Shown piece by piece: positions 41,555-56,499 of a stretch of 64,000 bases of DNA; position 1 is the stretch's first letter; every line of letters starts with the position of its first letter. The stretch lies in the NCBI RefSeq assembly GCF_009914755.1, contig NC_060941.1; one strand, 5' to 3'. Origin of the DNA: the human T2T-CHM13v2.0 reference genome, Homo sapiens. The notes below the pieces were generated by a model. It was given only the letters and a program-made list of their open reading frames with translations. It did not search any database and had not been told where the DNA came from. A program made the position numbers and the translations under genes.

Positions 41555-42661
41555 TCAATAATTTTTTAATCTCATCTAATGGTTAGACAATATTCAAAAT
41601 CTCCTAATTGTCCCCAGAAGTCTTTTTAGCTGTGCTTTGGGGTTTTTTTTTTTTTGTTCTCCCCCCACCCCATATTATATGCAACCCAGGACTATGCATT
41701 GTGTCTGCTTGTTGTATTCCTTATGTCTCTTTGAAATAGCACTAGTTAAGTTTAGGAGATCAGGCCAATGATCCTCCAGAGTGTTTTTCCTTCTGTCATT
41801 TGTCACTTTCTCATTGTATCACTTAACTTGTTTCTATAGCTCATATATATCCAGTAAACTAGAGTTAGGTCTAAAGCTTGATGTATTCGAGTCAAATATC
41901 TTGACATGTAATATGATAATTCACAGAAGTGATGTGGTCTTCATGTTTATTTACATCAGAAGACACATGTTTTCTGGTTGTCCCACCATTCGTCCCACCA
42001 ACCACTGGACTTGGGGACTTGAGTAATGCAATGCAAGTGTGATCCCCATGCACATTTTCCCCCTTGTGACTGTGTTGTGTTGTACGCTATCCAAAAATCC
42101 AGTTCCCCACCAATGATTGTCTCAACACTGGTTCATAATTCTTTCTCAATCTGGAATTTCATTAGGCTTTACAGAAGTGTGTCCTTTAATGCTATCAGTC
42201 CTCCCACATTTAATAAGCACACATCCTTCTATAGAGTTTACACACATTCATCAGGGTTATTCAGTTATCCTGACATAGATTTCTATTGTAAAGGCAAAAT
42301 ATATGCTTTGTTTCTCCCATTAGCAATCATCAAACCAAGGAGCTGGTGTGATACGAATTCATTTTATTTCAATTCACTACAACATTATTTTTTGATGTTA
42401 TTTATTAATTAATACCTTTTGATTTATGTAGACAATGTACTAGGTGCTGCGAATACAGAGGACTCTACTTATGAAAAAGATATGCTTCAAAAGACTATTG
42501 TTAAACCCATTTGCTTGGAAGTCCAAAGTGTGATTATAAACACTATTGTCAACACTAGTAGGTAGAGTTGTTGAGAGTTTGTTCTTTTAGTCTCCGTGAT
42601 ATGAAAGCTTGTGTTCGAAATTCTTAAAAGAGGTACTTGCTTACAAAAATAAATAAAATAT

Positions 42662-42933
<272 letters not shown>

Positions 42934-43589
42934 CTTGCTTTAATAAAATCACAGTCTGTCGGTGGAAAGTGAATAAATAAAATTACATCACAACATTACC
43001 TCTCCAGGAAAGAGCCTGAGGGATGATATGGAACTCAATGTATCTAACATCTAGCTGCAAAATTTATCAATACCTGACCAATGTTGTTTTATCTGTACCC
43101 CTATTCAATTTTCCATAGCCCCTGCATAATTTGAAGACATTAATCATTATTTTATATATTGATGTTTCAATACTTATCTCTAAAAGATAGTGACTTTTAA
43201 AAACATAATCATAATATCACTATCAAGCTAAAAATGCATAATAAATCCTTCATTTATCAAATACCTTATAGTGTTCCTATTTCTTCAGTTGTCTTATATA
43301 AATTGTTAAAGTTAAATTCACTGGAGTCTTAGTCCAAATAAGATTAAAACATTCCATTTGGTTGATATGTGTTCCCAAGTTCAACAACTCTTTTTCTAAA
43401 TCTTTCTTTCTTTTTGAAAACTTTTATTGAAAGCACAAGGTTGTTTGTCCCATAAAATTTCCCCTAGTCTGGATTTGATGATCTCATCTACATTGAATTT
43501 CCCATCATGTCACTTAACACAAGCCTGGTATTTTTCTGAAAATGAGAAGTTAGATCCAAAGGGATGAATCTAACCTGAATCCAAATATA

Positions 43590-43663
43590 CATATTATATG
43601 TGTGTCTATGTATATATATATACACATATATATATACGTATATATATATACACATATATATAC

Positions 43664-43707
<44 letters not shown>
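43590..43707. repeat. Interrupted (TA)n microsatellite
   Basis: TA run with TACA/TACG interruptions. Confidence 0.95.
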
Positions 43708-44197
43708 GGTTAGCAAGAACACTTCGTAAGTAATGTCATTTACTTCCATCAGGAGACACATAAAATCTGGTTGTCTCTCTTTTGACAAAAATATGAGCCT
43801 TGATGATTATCACTTAGATCCATTAATTCATGAGTGGTTACAAACCAGTGATACTTGAATTGTATCATTCCTTCTTCATCCATTAGCTGGAATATTTCTT
43901 AAAAGATCACTGTTTCCTCATCGCTTACTTAATTACCCAGTGCTACAAATCATATAGAAAAGGCAAGAAAAATCCTGGATTGTTTTCTTTTAGTTGAAAA
44001 CGTTCAAAATAATTGGGTATATTCGTAGAATATCCACAAGGTGACCAATTTCTTCAATATCATTATGAGCTCAACAGTTTAAATATATTTGACATGCTTC
44101 AAATCCATTAATGTTATTATTTTTTTGATGAACAAATTGTCCCATCTCTGTCCAGAGGGAGCCTCTTCAAGTTGGTTCCTGAATCCTTTTGACATGA

Positions 44198-44612
44198 TGT
44201 TCAACTGAGGGCAAATCTACCTCCAAAGTCTGAGGAAGCTGAAAGGCTGAAGAAAGAGACTGACAAATTCAGTTTCTCAGAAAGAACCGTTAATAGGGGC
44301 TTAATGAACAGGAGCCATGTCTTTGTCTTGGGCTGCGGCAAGACAAGATGGTGGATCCCTTCACACCATCAGTCTCCAGAGCCAGGGCTTATATACCACA
44401 GGAAATGGGTGATTCAGAAGGGATATGTGGGACATTTGAAGTATGGTAACATCAAGGTAGTTTGACCTAAGGGAAGGATTTGCAATAAATACAGCGGTCA
44501 CCCAAGGAACACTAGATAAACTGAAAATCTTAGAGAGGTTCCGGGAACTGGGGTAAATCAGAAGCCAATATGGCAGATTCACATCCAAGATGGAGTTGCT
44601 TTAGCCTCCACA
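44198..44612 (-). mobile_element. ERV1 solo LTR (MER41/MER66 group)
   Basis: Minus strand starts TGTGGAGGCTAAAGCAACTCCATCTTGGATG and ends ...TGAACA; flanks CATGA/CGTGA; TATATAAG at 44395-44388. Confidence 0.85.
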
Positions 44613-45496
44613 CGTGACTGCAATTAAACTTTGTTAGTTTTCTTACTTTCTGCATTTACAAGATCCAACCTTGTACATTTCCTTCCTTAGACCTAGAATC
44701 AGCCATTTTTCCAAGGAGCCCTGGTTCTTTCTAGTGAAAAATGTTATTTAGAAATTATAATGTGGGCTTTATGGACCCATGGGCTATTGAATTTTTAATT
44801 GTTTCTGATGTTTTGGATGGAAACTGATGTACATTTACTTTAAAAGCAGCCGTCCCAAATAACTATTTGTTTCATCAGATTCTCTTGAAATATTGAAGTA
44901 GATAACATAGTCTACACATTAAAGTTAGCTTAGCTTTCTCTCTTAAAATATTTGTTCCACTTTTTTATTTTTTATATTTTAGTATTTTGAAATGAGCTCT
45001 CAGGACAATGATAAACAGCAGTAGTGATAGCTGTTATTCTACTCTTCTTTCTACTATTAGTGGAAATATATTAGCTAGCTATATATTACCATTAAGGATG
45101 ATATTTGCATTATTTTAAAATTAGTATCTTTTATATTGTAGTTAATTTACCAAGGCTTTTAAAAAATAAATAATTTAAAAATAAAGTTGGATACTTAATT
45201 GTACCAAAGCCATATTTTTAATTATTTTTTAATTTTATTTTATATTTGAAAACGTGGAAATAGATATTGAGGAAGGAATGATCATTCTTATAATTTTTCA
45301 CCTTAATTATGTCAATGCATCTTGTTAGAAAAAAGTGTTCTGTTACTTCATAATTTGACCTTCCTTTGTGTGTGTGCCTGTAAATCACTGCTCATAAATA
45401 CTACTGATTGAGCAAAACCTAATCTCTGCATGTTAAATAATATTATAATTCTTCTTGAAGTAACTTATTTGAATTTTTACTTAAAATTTTAAAAAC

Positions 45497-45783
45497 GATT
45501 TCAACTTTTCTTTTAGATTCAGGAAACAAACATGTGCAGGTTTGTTATATAGGTATATTGTGGGATGCTGAGGTTTGGGGTACGACTGATCTTGTCACTC
45601 AGATAGTGAACATAGTACCTAATAGTTTTTCAACTCTTCCTTCCCTACCTTCCGTCTAGAGTAGTCCTCAGTGTCTATTGTTGCCATCTTTATGTCCATG
45701 AGTATCCAATGTTTCGCTCCTACTAATCTCAGAACATGCAGGATTTGGTTTTCTGTTCCTGTGTTAATTCACTTAGGATAATG
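45497..45783 (-). mobile_element. L1PA16/L1PB-like 3' end
   Basis: caacttttcttttagattcagg...gtatattgtgggatgctgaggtttggg 3'UTR. Confidence 0.88.
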
Positions 45784-46271
45784 AAAAGCCATTTTTAATA
45801 CTTAAGATTTTAAGTGTTTCTCCTTTGACCTAATGACACCATGAGAAATATAAATGGATTTTCGAATATTGATCCATCATAGCGTACCTGCGGTGAATTT
45901 ACTTGGCCGTAATGTATCAGAATTGTATCATTATTCTTTTAATAAAGTACTAGTTTTTATTTGCTCATATTTTATTCATAACTTTCCAGTAATATGCATA
46001 TTCATATAGAGTCTATTATTTTTCTTCTGTTAGTACGTCCTTTGTCCATCTATTCTCGTGAGCCAGGGCAGTTTAAATGGTATGGGAATTCTCTTTTTTT
46101 TTTCACTTTGGAGGCTAATAATACTCTCCCAAAAAAACATCTGGGCCTGATGCTTTTTTAATTGCTGATTATCTGCAAGATTTGCTAAATTCTTTCACTA
46201 CTAGTGGTGGACTCCAGTTTTCAATATCTTTTAGTTAATTTCTGTTATTTATATATTTCAGACATATTCTT

Positions 46272-46581
<310 letters not shown>

Positions 46582-48301
46582 CAGATATATTCTTTCTGCT
46601 GCTTGACAGTATGCTGTATTAAAAGATTTTTGCCTGTTAATTTTTATGTTTTAGAATTTTTTTGAGATTTTCTCTGTAATGTAATATATTAATTATTTTC
46701 ATGATTGTTTGGTGAAGTGGGGGAAAGAATTGTATCCTCTTGAGCATAAAATCTGTTATAGAAACATTACTGGTAAAATAACTTTGTTAACTTATATTAC
46801 TCAAATTATGTATATTATTACATATTTTTAGCTTAATGATCTAGTCGAATGATTTAGTGTAATAACATAGCTGTTTTGTCAGTATATCTTGGAATACCTA
46901 ATAATCATTTTTATTTATATATATTTCCGTTCTGGGTCACTTAACCTATATAGGCTCATAACTATGATACCTTTATTGTGGATTATTCATTTCTTCCTGA
47001 TTTTTAAACTCAATTTTGCCACAAATTTTGTTATTTTCGATGTTATTCGGTCAACTGAGTTTTCTTTTCTATTTTTTTCTCCTTCTTTCTTCCCCCCTCT
47101 TTTCCATACTCTTTTTCTTCCTTCTTTTCTTCTTCTTCTTCCCTCTCTGTCTTACAAAGTTTACATATGCAATCATTCTCATTTCCTGTTCTTCTAATTT
47201 TCTGTTTTTAACCCTATAATTTTGAAAGTAAGATTTGCTGAATTTTTTTCATCTCATATAAAAGTCTTTTATTTCAATATGAGTGTTTAAGTCATTGTTA
47301 CGTAGTGCTATAAATGCCGTAATTTTCTTGTTATTTTATTTCGTGCTTTCAGTTTTTTATGTTTCTCTTTCTATGTTACTTCTTTCCTATGTACTTTTTT
47401 TCCTAGTGTAATTGCTTTTCAAAGAAAAATTTTGCAAATTAATTATTTGAAGAGATGTTAATGGATGCTCTGGCAAAAAAAATCACAACACTTTCTATGA
47501 CTACACAAGACAGGGAAATATTTGGGCATTGTTTTGGGGATCCACAATGATTATTAAAATGGTTGTGTTTCTAAGAGTATCAGCAGCTAGGCAATCTCTT
47601 TGACTATGTTTAATCAGAGTTCACAATCTTATTTGAACACAGAACACATTTTTCATTATACCTCCAGCAATATTCTACAAAATCGTAGTTGTGGGATACT
47701 GGTTTGGGAAATGCTCTTCTAGTGATTAGGAATTCATAGAACCTACTTTATTGTATAATTGTTCACCTTGAACTGTTCTAATAATACTCATTGAACCTAT
47801 TTTTCCAACCCCACTTTTGAGCTGATCTCCTGTTTTTTGTGTCCCTTCGACTAAACTCTTCAACTGGTAACTCGGATTTACTGCTGTTCATGACCTGGTA
47901 TCATGGTGTAATTCTATTACCGTTATAGTTTTTGCCAGCTGAGACATTTTATTAGCAAATGATTAAATTGAGCTATTGGAAGAGAAATTTATAGTGACAA
48001 CTATAGCTTGGCCTCAGGTAGATACTCAAATTGCTATGAGTAGGAAAGGAACATCTAATGGATGGTAAAAGAGAAACAGATGATCTCAAGTCCACATGAA
48101 GATGGGCTTGAGATTATCACACAAGACAGGAGATTGGCTTTAAAAGGAGCAGTATCATCACATTAAACTAGCATTCTTCCAAGGCACTCAAAGAACTTCA
48201 AAAGCTCCATGACCAAATTATTTTATGAGAACCCCAAGTGAACACATTTGGCTTTGAAACAACCATCAGTGATTTGATGGTTTACTAATTTTCAAAGAAA
48301 T

Positions 48302-48381
48302 TACAATACAATACAATACAATACAATACAATACAATACAATACAATACAATACAATACAATACAATACAATACAATACAA
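48302..48381. repeat. (TACAA)16 pentanucleotide microsatellite
   Basis: 16 perfect units counted. Confidence 0.97.
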
Positions 48382-48959
48382 TTTGCAGGATAGTCTGTGA
48401 GATGAAACTGGTTAAGGATTAAGAAGAACAGGGTTCTAGTGACAACTCTTTGGATAAGCTGTTTTGTTTCTCTCAACTTCAGTCACTGCAGCTGCAGAAT
48501 GAAAGCAGAGAAGTAACTGAAGTAATTCAATGATTCTTACTTCTTACAACCTCAGAAAGTCTACAAATCGATGAATATAAGTTTTGGAGTGTTACTATTA
48601 CAAACAGTGTCTTAATAAACACCCTTAAACATGTCTCCATGTGTGTTTTAGTGTTTCTCTTGGAAAGTGTTGATTGCGCCTCTTTAGAAAATTGTGAAAT
48701 AAATGTAGTCACCACCAACATATTTTAAGAAAGATGATTGAGCAATACAAAAAATACAACTGTATTACATAGAGTTAAGGATAATGAATGTTTCATGAAA
48801 TTAAGTTTTGTTTTATTTATAAGGGCATATGTACATATATATGTACTGAGTTGTTTTTTAAGAGGTATTTTCTACTGTGAGTTATTTAAAGACAGTTTGA
48901 AATACACTCTACTGACAGTAATTATCTAAGATGAACTTGATGAGTCATATGCTTTCTTC

Positions 48960-49700
48960 ATATTTAACTTCATTAGGTATGGCAAAATTTCCTCCATAGT
49001 TGGCAGTATCAACTTACACTCTCATCATCTGAATTTGAGAGCCTGGATCTTCTCTAAAATTCGGATGGATCATCTTTTTCCATGCTAAAGGGCGTAAAAC
49101 ACTACACCATTTCCATTTTCATTTCCCTGATTGCTAGTGAAGGTGAGTAACTTCTCACCACTCTGCTGGTCATTGAGTCTCCTATTCATTGATTTGTTTA
49201 TAGTTTTTGCCAACTTTTGCAATTTTTTGTTCATTTCTGATTGACTTATAGGAGTTTAAAAATATATTCCAGATACTCCATGAGTTATATCCACTGCTAA
49301 TCTTTTTCAAGTCTGTTGTATTAAGATATACAAGGTTTTATGATGGCTTGCAGTTCAGAAACTTTAAAATTTAATGTGAACAAATTTGTCAATCTTTTCT
49401 TTATAAGCACAACTTATAAGTTGTGCTTTTTGAGTCATGTTTAAGAAATTCTTCCCCATTCCAAGTTCATAAAAACATACTTCTATACATTATTCTAAAA
49501 GTTTTAAAGTTTTGCTTTTCAGATTTATCTTTATTCTACCTGGAGAGGATGTTTTGTGTGTTGTGTGAGGCAGGGATATGCTTTTTTCAAAATGAATAAC
49601 CAATTTTCTCAATGCCATTTATTGAATAATTTATTATTTATGCAATTATAAAGTGACTTTTCTCATACACCATGTTCCCAGGTAAAGGTAGGTCTGTTTG
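48960..49700 (-). mobile_element. Old L1M ORF2 3' fragment
   Basis: catttccctgattgctagtga, caaatttgtcaatcttttct, atgccatttattgaataat antisense L1 motifs. Confidence 0.75.
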
Positions 49701-49995
49701 TCATACAAAGCCTGGTGCCTTACATATTTGACCATACTTATTGTTAGACTTTTTCTAACTCCTTGAAATAGTTTAGAGAAAATAATTTTGCAGAGAACTG
49801 TGGCCTTGTACTAATATTTGAGGGTTTAAATTAGCAAGAAACAGGAAATGTAGGTTACATGTATTAAATAAACAGTAAAAGATAATAGTGCCTTTTATAC
49901 AGAAGGTATTTTGTTATGAATTAGTAATAAAGATGTAAATATGATGGTTAACCTTGAAAAATAAGAAAGATCTTCAAGTAAATGATGGTCTGGTA

Positions 49996-50720
49996 TAGTA
50001 TTTCTCAACCTTATCAGACCTAACACCTTTTTGACAACTTTTTGTAATCACCCCATAACGATCCTGAATTTTATTTTATTTACAAGCTAATGTAACCCAC
50101 CTGCTCACATACCATAAAATCAATAAAACTTTTTGTAACATAAATGAAAAAAAGATGCATAAGTAAACAATCTGTATTTCAATATGTATTTCATAACTTT
50201 ACTAAAATAGTCAAATACTTATCCTATATGTAGAATCACCTCAAATGTGACAGCTACTGTTGTAGGCTCATCTTATTTTATTTTTCCTTAACCCAATCAC
50301 CACAGGAAGTATTGCTGCTGAAATTGTGAATAATTAACTATGTTTTAAACAAAACAAAACTCAATTTCCTCTTGATTTATATAGTGGTTGCTTTCCTAGA
50401 AAATTCAATATATATAAATGTGTTTAAAAAGTACTTAATGTACAATGCGAAGTTACAGTCTAGGCTCAGAAGAGTATCAATTGGGTTTTTAAATGGATAA
50501 ATATCCAGCTGAGCATTCCAAGCCAAATGAGATGAGGAGCTAGTCTTTTTTTGTTGGCTTGTCCCTTGCATTGCAGTATGTCCAGCCTCCCTGGTTCTCA
50601 CCCACTATATGCCAGCAGCACCTTTGAATCACTACAACCACCAAAAAAGGCCTCCTCTCCACCAGCAAATTCCTGAAATGGCACCTCAGAAGATGGGACT
50701 ATCCGTATTGAATGACACTG
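49996..50720. mobile_element. hAT-Charlie DNA transposon remnant
   Basis: Degenerate TIRs tagtatttctcaa / ttgaatgacactg; 8-bp flanks GTCTGGTA / GTCTAGAA (NTCTAGAN-type target). Confidence 0.6.
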
Positions 50721-52370
50721 GTCTAGAAGTAGGAGATTCTAAATCTAATCAGGTAAGGGCAAACAAACATCCAAAGTGCCGAATAAATGCATACGCAGGG
50801 TGCATGGGGTACAAGAGAGAAGTGACTGGCACCCCCAGGATGGGGTGAGATGTGGCTGGCCATGGTAGTGCTGACAGACGACAGGAATTAAGACAGGAAT
50901 GATAAATAGATGTTACTCAACTGGCTGAGTCTAAAGAGTTGGGTGAAATGCATTTCTCAAAGAAAGCCTCTCCTTCTTTGGTGTTGGAAAGTGACTGTGA
51001 TGCAAGTCACAAACAATGAAGAAAATTATATACACAGAAATGTCACCAAAACCAGACTCAACACATCCCTTTCCCTTCTAGAATTCAGAAAATCTTTGTC
51101 TTAAGTAGGTTACAGATGCGGACAGAAAAGATTCACAACTTCGTTAAGCTTGAGGAAACAATCTTTTTTTCTTCTGTGAAACTCATACACCAAGATACTC
51201 CTAAGTTTCCTTCATCTGAGGCACTTGCCTAGCTCCATTACCTTCAAAACTAACTAGTAGCTTTACCTCAACTATCTTTTAGGAATCTGCTTTGGAAACA
51301 CATCTGTCCTTTGAAATGATATCTACAAAAGGAAAGAGAAAAAATACATTTAAATTTTTGAAGGAGTCTACTCCCTATATGACTCTTTAAAGATCATTTT
51401 TCCCCTGATACATTTATTGTAGCATCAATAGGAAAGTGAAGGAAGATAAGCATATGGAAGACTAGCTGAATTATCATGTAGAATATTCTCTGTATAGATT
51501 TATTAGTATAACTAGGAATTTCACAGCTGGAATAAAGTGTAGCAAGTAATACACTTTATTCTCCTCTATAGAGATAACAGTAAACTAAAATGATCCCAGA
51601 TGAAATATGTTTTACTTGGAAAAATTTTATCACTAAACAAGGCAATTCTTGCCAGTATCTAACTGCTCAAACATAATGTTTCTGATGATAACTCCATTTA
51701 CAATTTTTTTCTGCCATTGCTTCATATCAATTCTGGATTCCATTCAACCCAGGGCCATGAATAAGAACAGCATGTCTTCAAGGCTGGCCCTGTGCCTAGT
51801 ATAATGAATTTTTGCTGAAGTATAGGATGAATGAATAAATTATTGAATCCACCAAATGGCAAGGATGTGTACATTCTGTTAGTTTATTGGGCTGTTGTTA
51901 TTTCAGCACACCATTTTGTCCAGACTCCAAACTTCACCATCTAAATCCACAAGGAAAACCAATTGAGACCTTAAAGCAAGAAGCTCTCAAGCTAAGAGGA
52001 ACTTGGAAGTGAGCCTAAAATACAACTGATGGATTCTGGTTTTCTGTTTTCAATTGATCACAACACTCACACTCAACATTTTCATCCCTGTTTTTCTCCA
52101 GCACATCCATTATCTTTACCTATCTGAGAGGACTCCCATAATGATAAAATCAACTAAAGTAGTTCAAACTATTTCTAAAACTGTAAAGTACAGCTATTCT
52201 AGTGTTTAGTGTGTGACATGCACAAGATTATATGTTTACAATATGAACATGAATAGGACTTAATTTCCATCCTAAAAGAGCTGGCAATCTAGTGAAAATA
52301 CCACCATATAAAAATTTACTGTAATTGTAGGACAGAAATAAGGCTTATTAAGAGACTCTTGTAAAGGTAC

Positions 52371-52691
52371 TGGCTTACTAAGTTTTGTGTTACTATAACA
52401 GAATACCTTAGACTGGTCAGTTTATAAAGAACAGAAATTTATTTCTCACAGTTCTGTAGGCTGGGAATTCCAAGATCAAGGTGCTGGTGTCTGATGAGGG
52501 ACTTCTTGCTGTGTTCTCACATGGTAGACGGGCAAGAGAGATAAACTCCCTCTGTGAAGCCTTTGTATAAGAGCACTAACCCCCTCCATGAAGGAGGACC
52601 CCTTAATCTAATCACCCCTCAAAGGTCCCACCCCTTAATGCTGTCACATTGGAAACACCTGAATTTTGGAGGGCACATTCAAACTGCAGCA
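52371..52691 (-). mobile_element. MST-type MaLR solo LTR
   Basis: ctataacagaatacc..agactgg...aacagaaatttatttctcacagttctg...cacattcaaactgcagca. Confidence 0.85.
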
Positions 52692-54489
52692 GACTGTAGT
52701 CTACCCACTCCCACGACGTAATGTATCATAATACGTGGGGACATAGTACAAGATGCTCAAAGAATTTGATGATATTTGCTAGTGGAAATAAATGATGCAG
52801 AGAATTACCCATAGTTTTACTGCATTTTAATATACAATGAACTCTGAAGAATATACTCTAGGCTCAAAAATCAAGTTCTATTCTCCTCACAAAGGAATTA
52901 GTGGAACCCATCACAAGCTAACTAAGCCAATGGCTTGTGTTGATCTGGTTTGATTTTGTCCTCCTTGTCTTTCCCCTTCTTGTCTGGATTGTGCTAGAAT
53001 GTGACTTCTTGCTAGTGGGCCCTAGCTTTAATCCCTGCTTACTGATTTACTAAAAATACAGGGTCTTTACCAATTAATTTATTTCAAAGTCTTTGTTTCA
53101 CTTCAATACCTTCAGCAAATATTACCTAGGACTTTTCACTTCTGCATAATCGGAATACTGCCAGCTTGTATTTGGGACCTTTTTGAATAACTCCGTTTTG
53201 ATAAATATGCTTTTAAATAATTCTTTGTTGATGGGATGGGTATTTAACTGAACGCAAATAGAGAAAGTGCTAGCTCAGAGAGTGTGGTTTCCAGTGTCAA
53301 GAGAAAGAAAATGCCATAAAGATGTTGAGAATTCTGTCTGAAAATTGTTTATTTCTTATACTAAATATCTTTTGGAAATAATCATTTCCCCTCTCCTACC
53401 TCCATAATCTACAGTTATTTCGCCCACAAATGTATAGACCGATGTTCTCCTCTGATAGAGACAGAGACTGAGGTGGCTACTGTTGGGGCTTGGGGCTGGA
53501 AGGTTTTGTAGATTAGGGGTTGAGGCTGCTGTTTGTGGGGCCATGATCCTAGCTGCATACACATAGATGACTGAGAAGTGGATCTAGTGTGCAAAGGGAA
53601 AAGAATGGCATTAGATGCAAGTGAAAAACATGGAAGTTGCCTGAGGAGTTCCCTTTCTAGTCCCATATTTTCTGTGGTTGTTTGCTGTGAGATTTTCCTT
53701 ATTCCTTATGCTGTAAGATTATGACTTACACATACAAACGACTTGTGCAGAATAAAAGTGACTTTAATTTTTTTGCTGAATAACTCACATGGTCTTCCCA
53801 ACAGCCCGCACTCCACTGAGTATTTCTTCAAAGTTTGAATACTATCTTCTTACAACAGCCTGTGTCCTATTTTGTCTTCTTTTGTTTTTAGGTTTTAAGG
53901 TAACCGCTCTGTTTTTTCAGGGCCCTGTGTCCCCTCCCACTTTTTCTCCCAGAGATGGCATTCTGAGTATATGAAGAAAATTACTGCATCCTGACAGCAG
54001 ATGAACATTATTGCATCCTCACTGCAAGGTTGGTGGCTTCAGCTGTGCAGAGGTGAGTTTCAGATACGTCTTATCAGTTGTGGTGCCATCTGGTCCTCGT
54101 GACCTCTGTAGTAATGGTGTCCCTTGTATGCCAGTGGCTTCTGATGTTTGCAGCTGGTAAAATTGTGGTCTATTTGGTATCATTTCCAACCCCATCTGAG
54201 GTTTATTTTGCAGACGGATAAGCGAAGAATTACATTTTCTAAAACCCTCTTTCCCATAATGGTCCCTGGTTCCACTAATTCCTTTGTGAGGAGAATAGAA
54301 CTTGATTTTTGAGCCTAGAGTCTGTTAATGAGAGACACTCATGGAGATTTGGAAGGTGGATGAGGACAGCCATTACTTTCCTGAGGCAGTTACAGCCAGA
54401 TATGTGGGCAGATGTAAGATACACAATGCCCTCTTGGTATGCTCTTGAAATCCGCTACATTGATGTTTCAGGCTAAAGTCACTGGAGAT

Positions 54490-54855
54490 GGTCTTAGTCA
54501 GCCTGAGCTGCTGTATGGGTGGTTTAAACAATAGATATTTATTTCTCACAGTTCTAGAGGCTGGGAAGTCTAAGATTAAGGTGATGGCAGATTTAGTTCC
54601 TGAGATTTCTGGTGAGCAGCCTCTTCCTAGCTTGCAAATGACCACCTTCTCCCTGTGTCTTCACATGCCAAAGGGTGCCCTCTGATGTCTCTTTCATTTT
54701 TCATAAGGGTACTACCGATTGTGGGGTCCCACCCTCACAACCTCATCTAAACCTAACCACCTCCCAAAGGTCCCACCTCCAAATACCATCACACTGGGGA
54801 TTAGGGCTTCAATGTATGAATTTGTTGGGGAGAAATCAACATCCAGTCCGTAACA
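54490..54855 (-). mobile_element. MLT1A/MSTD solo LTR, nested in an older ERVL LTR (LTR33-like)
   Basis: tttatttctcacagttctagaggctgggaagtc...catccagtccgtaaca; flanks GAGAT/GAGGT. Confidence 0.82.
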
Positions 54856-56239
54856 GAGGTGTGTTCTCTTCCCTCCGCACTCCCAGGTATTCCAAAGACT
54901 AAGACCCAACATCTTTATCTAAAGACTTCCAATACTCAAAAATACATAAAGTGGCTTCTGTTTTCTTGACCTAAGGCTGACTAATTAATACAGGTAGTCT
55001 CTTCCGAGAGATCCAATGGGAAACTGGGTAAAGACTATTCTGTTTTTGGTTTTATTTCCCTTCCTACATATCTCCTCCCTCTACCTGGCGTTTTGCTCAG
55101 GAGGATGAAGCCGGGTCATACATTTTGCCATTTCTCTATTTTATGTCCTTCCTCCTTCCCTCACTATATGATTGAAAAGAGTATGCTTCTATAATATTTA
55201 CTACACATAATGCTATGTAATCATAGTATATTGCCTTGCTCAATATTAGAAGGCACATAAATAGTCAACAGAATAGTCAAGAGATCTAACTACAAATAAC
55301 TACACTGGGAAGGTGGGAGAAGAGGTGAGAAATAAAGGAGAGTGAAATTCTCAGCTATCATGACAGAGAGTAATGTTTAAATTGACAGATCAATAAAGGG
55401 TAATATGAACATGCTATTTAGAAATGTAGGATTTACTACCAGGATCGACTAAGAGAGTTTAAAGTGATTGACTTTGGGGATGAAGACTAAGAGACAAGGA
55501 GAGATTGGGACAGAGTGTGGTTATTTTTTATTTTAAGCTTTTTGGTAAAATTTTACTTTTAGTCATGTATATATATTGCCTCAATTAAAATATATATCTT
55601 TTAATAAAAAGCACCAGGCAGTGCACGATGGTAGAAAGAAGAAAGCATAGCAACGTTATTGGAGAAATCTGAGTCTAAATGCAGGTGGCGATCAGCAGCC
55701 AATCCCAGGGAATCAGCAGAGAAGGTGAGATGGCACCAATCCTCCCAAACACACAGGTGAACGTGCACAAACAATAAGACTAAAGCAAACAGTATTTCCT
55801 CCAAGGTGCTCCTGGCAGCCTGCAGAGCTTGAAGAGTTGATTTACGACCTCAGGAAAGAAAGCTTTCTTCTCCTTGTTTTGTTTCCTTTCTCTCAGATAA
55901 TCTATGTAGACATCATGTTGTAACATAAAGATGGACTGGAGAGGGAAGAGGCCATCCATGGAAAGCTCAGGTTGGTGAAATTGTCTAGACAGGGATGGGG
56001 AGCATCTGAACCAAGGGGCAGTGGCATCAGCAGGGTCTCAGCACTGATTGACTGTGGGCAGGCAGAGTCACAGGTGCTGGTGAGGTGGGCGGAGGGAGCA
56101 GGGAGGGAAGTGCCATTCCAGAGGGGCAAGACTTGGTGGCAACAGGCAAGATGTTGGAGGTAAGGATTACAAGTGACTGCATCATGACTCAATACCTTGA
56201 ATAACTGCTTGGTAGACCTCAGAAGGGAAAATTGGCAAA

Positions 56240-56468
56240 TGTGTGAATTTGCTGAGGCTGCCACAATGAAGTACCATAGACGGGGTGGCTTAAACAACAG
56301 AAATTTATTTTCTCATGGTTCTGGAGGCTAGAAGTTCACGATCAAGGTGTCAGAAATATTAGTTTCTTTCTTCTGACACCTCTCTACTTGGCTTGTAGAT
56401 GACAGTCTTCCTCTAGTGTCTTCATATGGTATTCCCTCTGCATATGTGCATGCGTGCATGTATGTGCT

Positions 56469-56499
<31 letters not shown>

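Larger units (their letters stand above)
43040..44810 (-). mobile_element. L1MC4/5-like 3' region, interrupted by (TA)n and an LTR
   Basis: aaattgtcccatct...gggagcctcttcaagttggttcctga, cagccatttttccaaggagccctggttc are L1MC 3' motifs. Confidence 0.75.

Noticed and set aside
48831-48846. 16-bp palindrome GTACATATATATGTAC
   Set aside because: Low-complexity TA core
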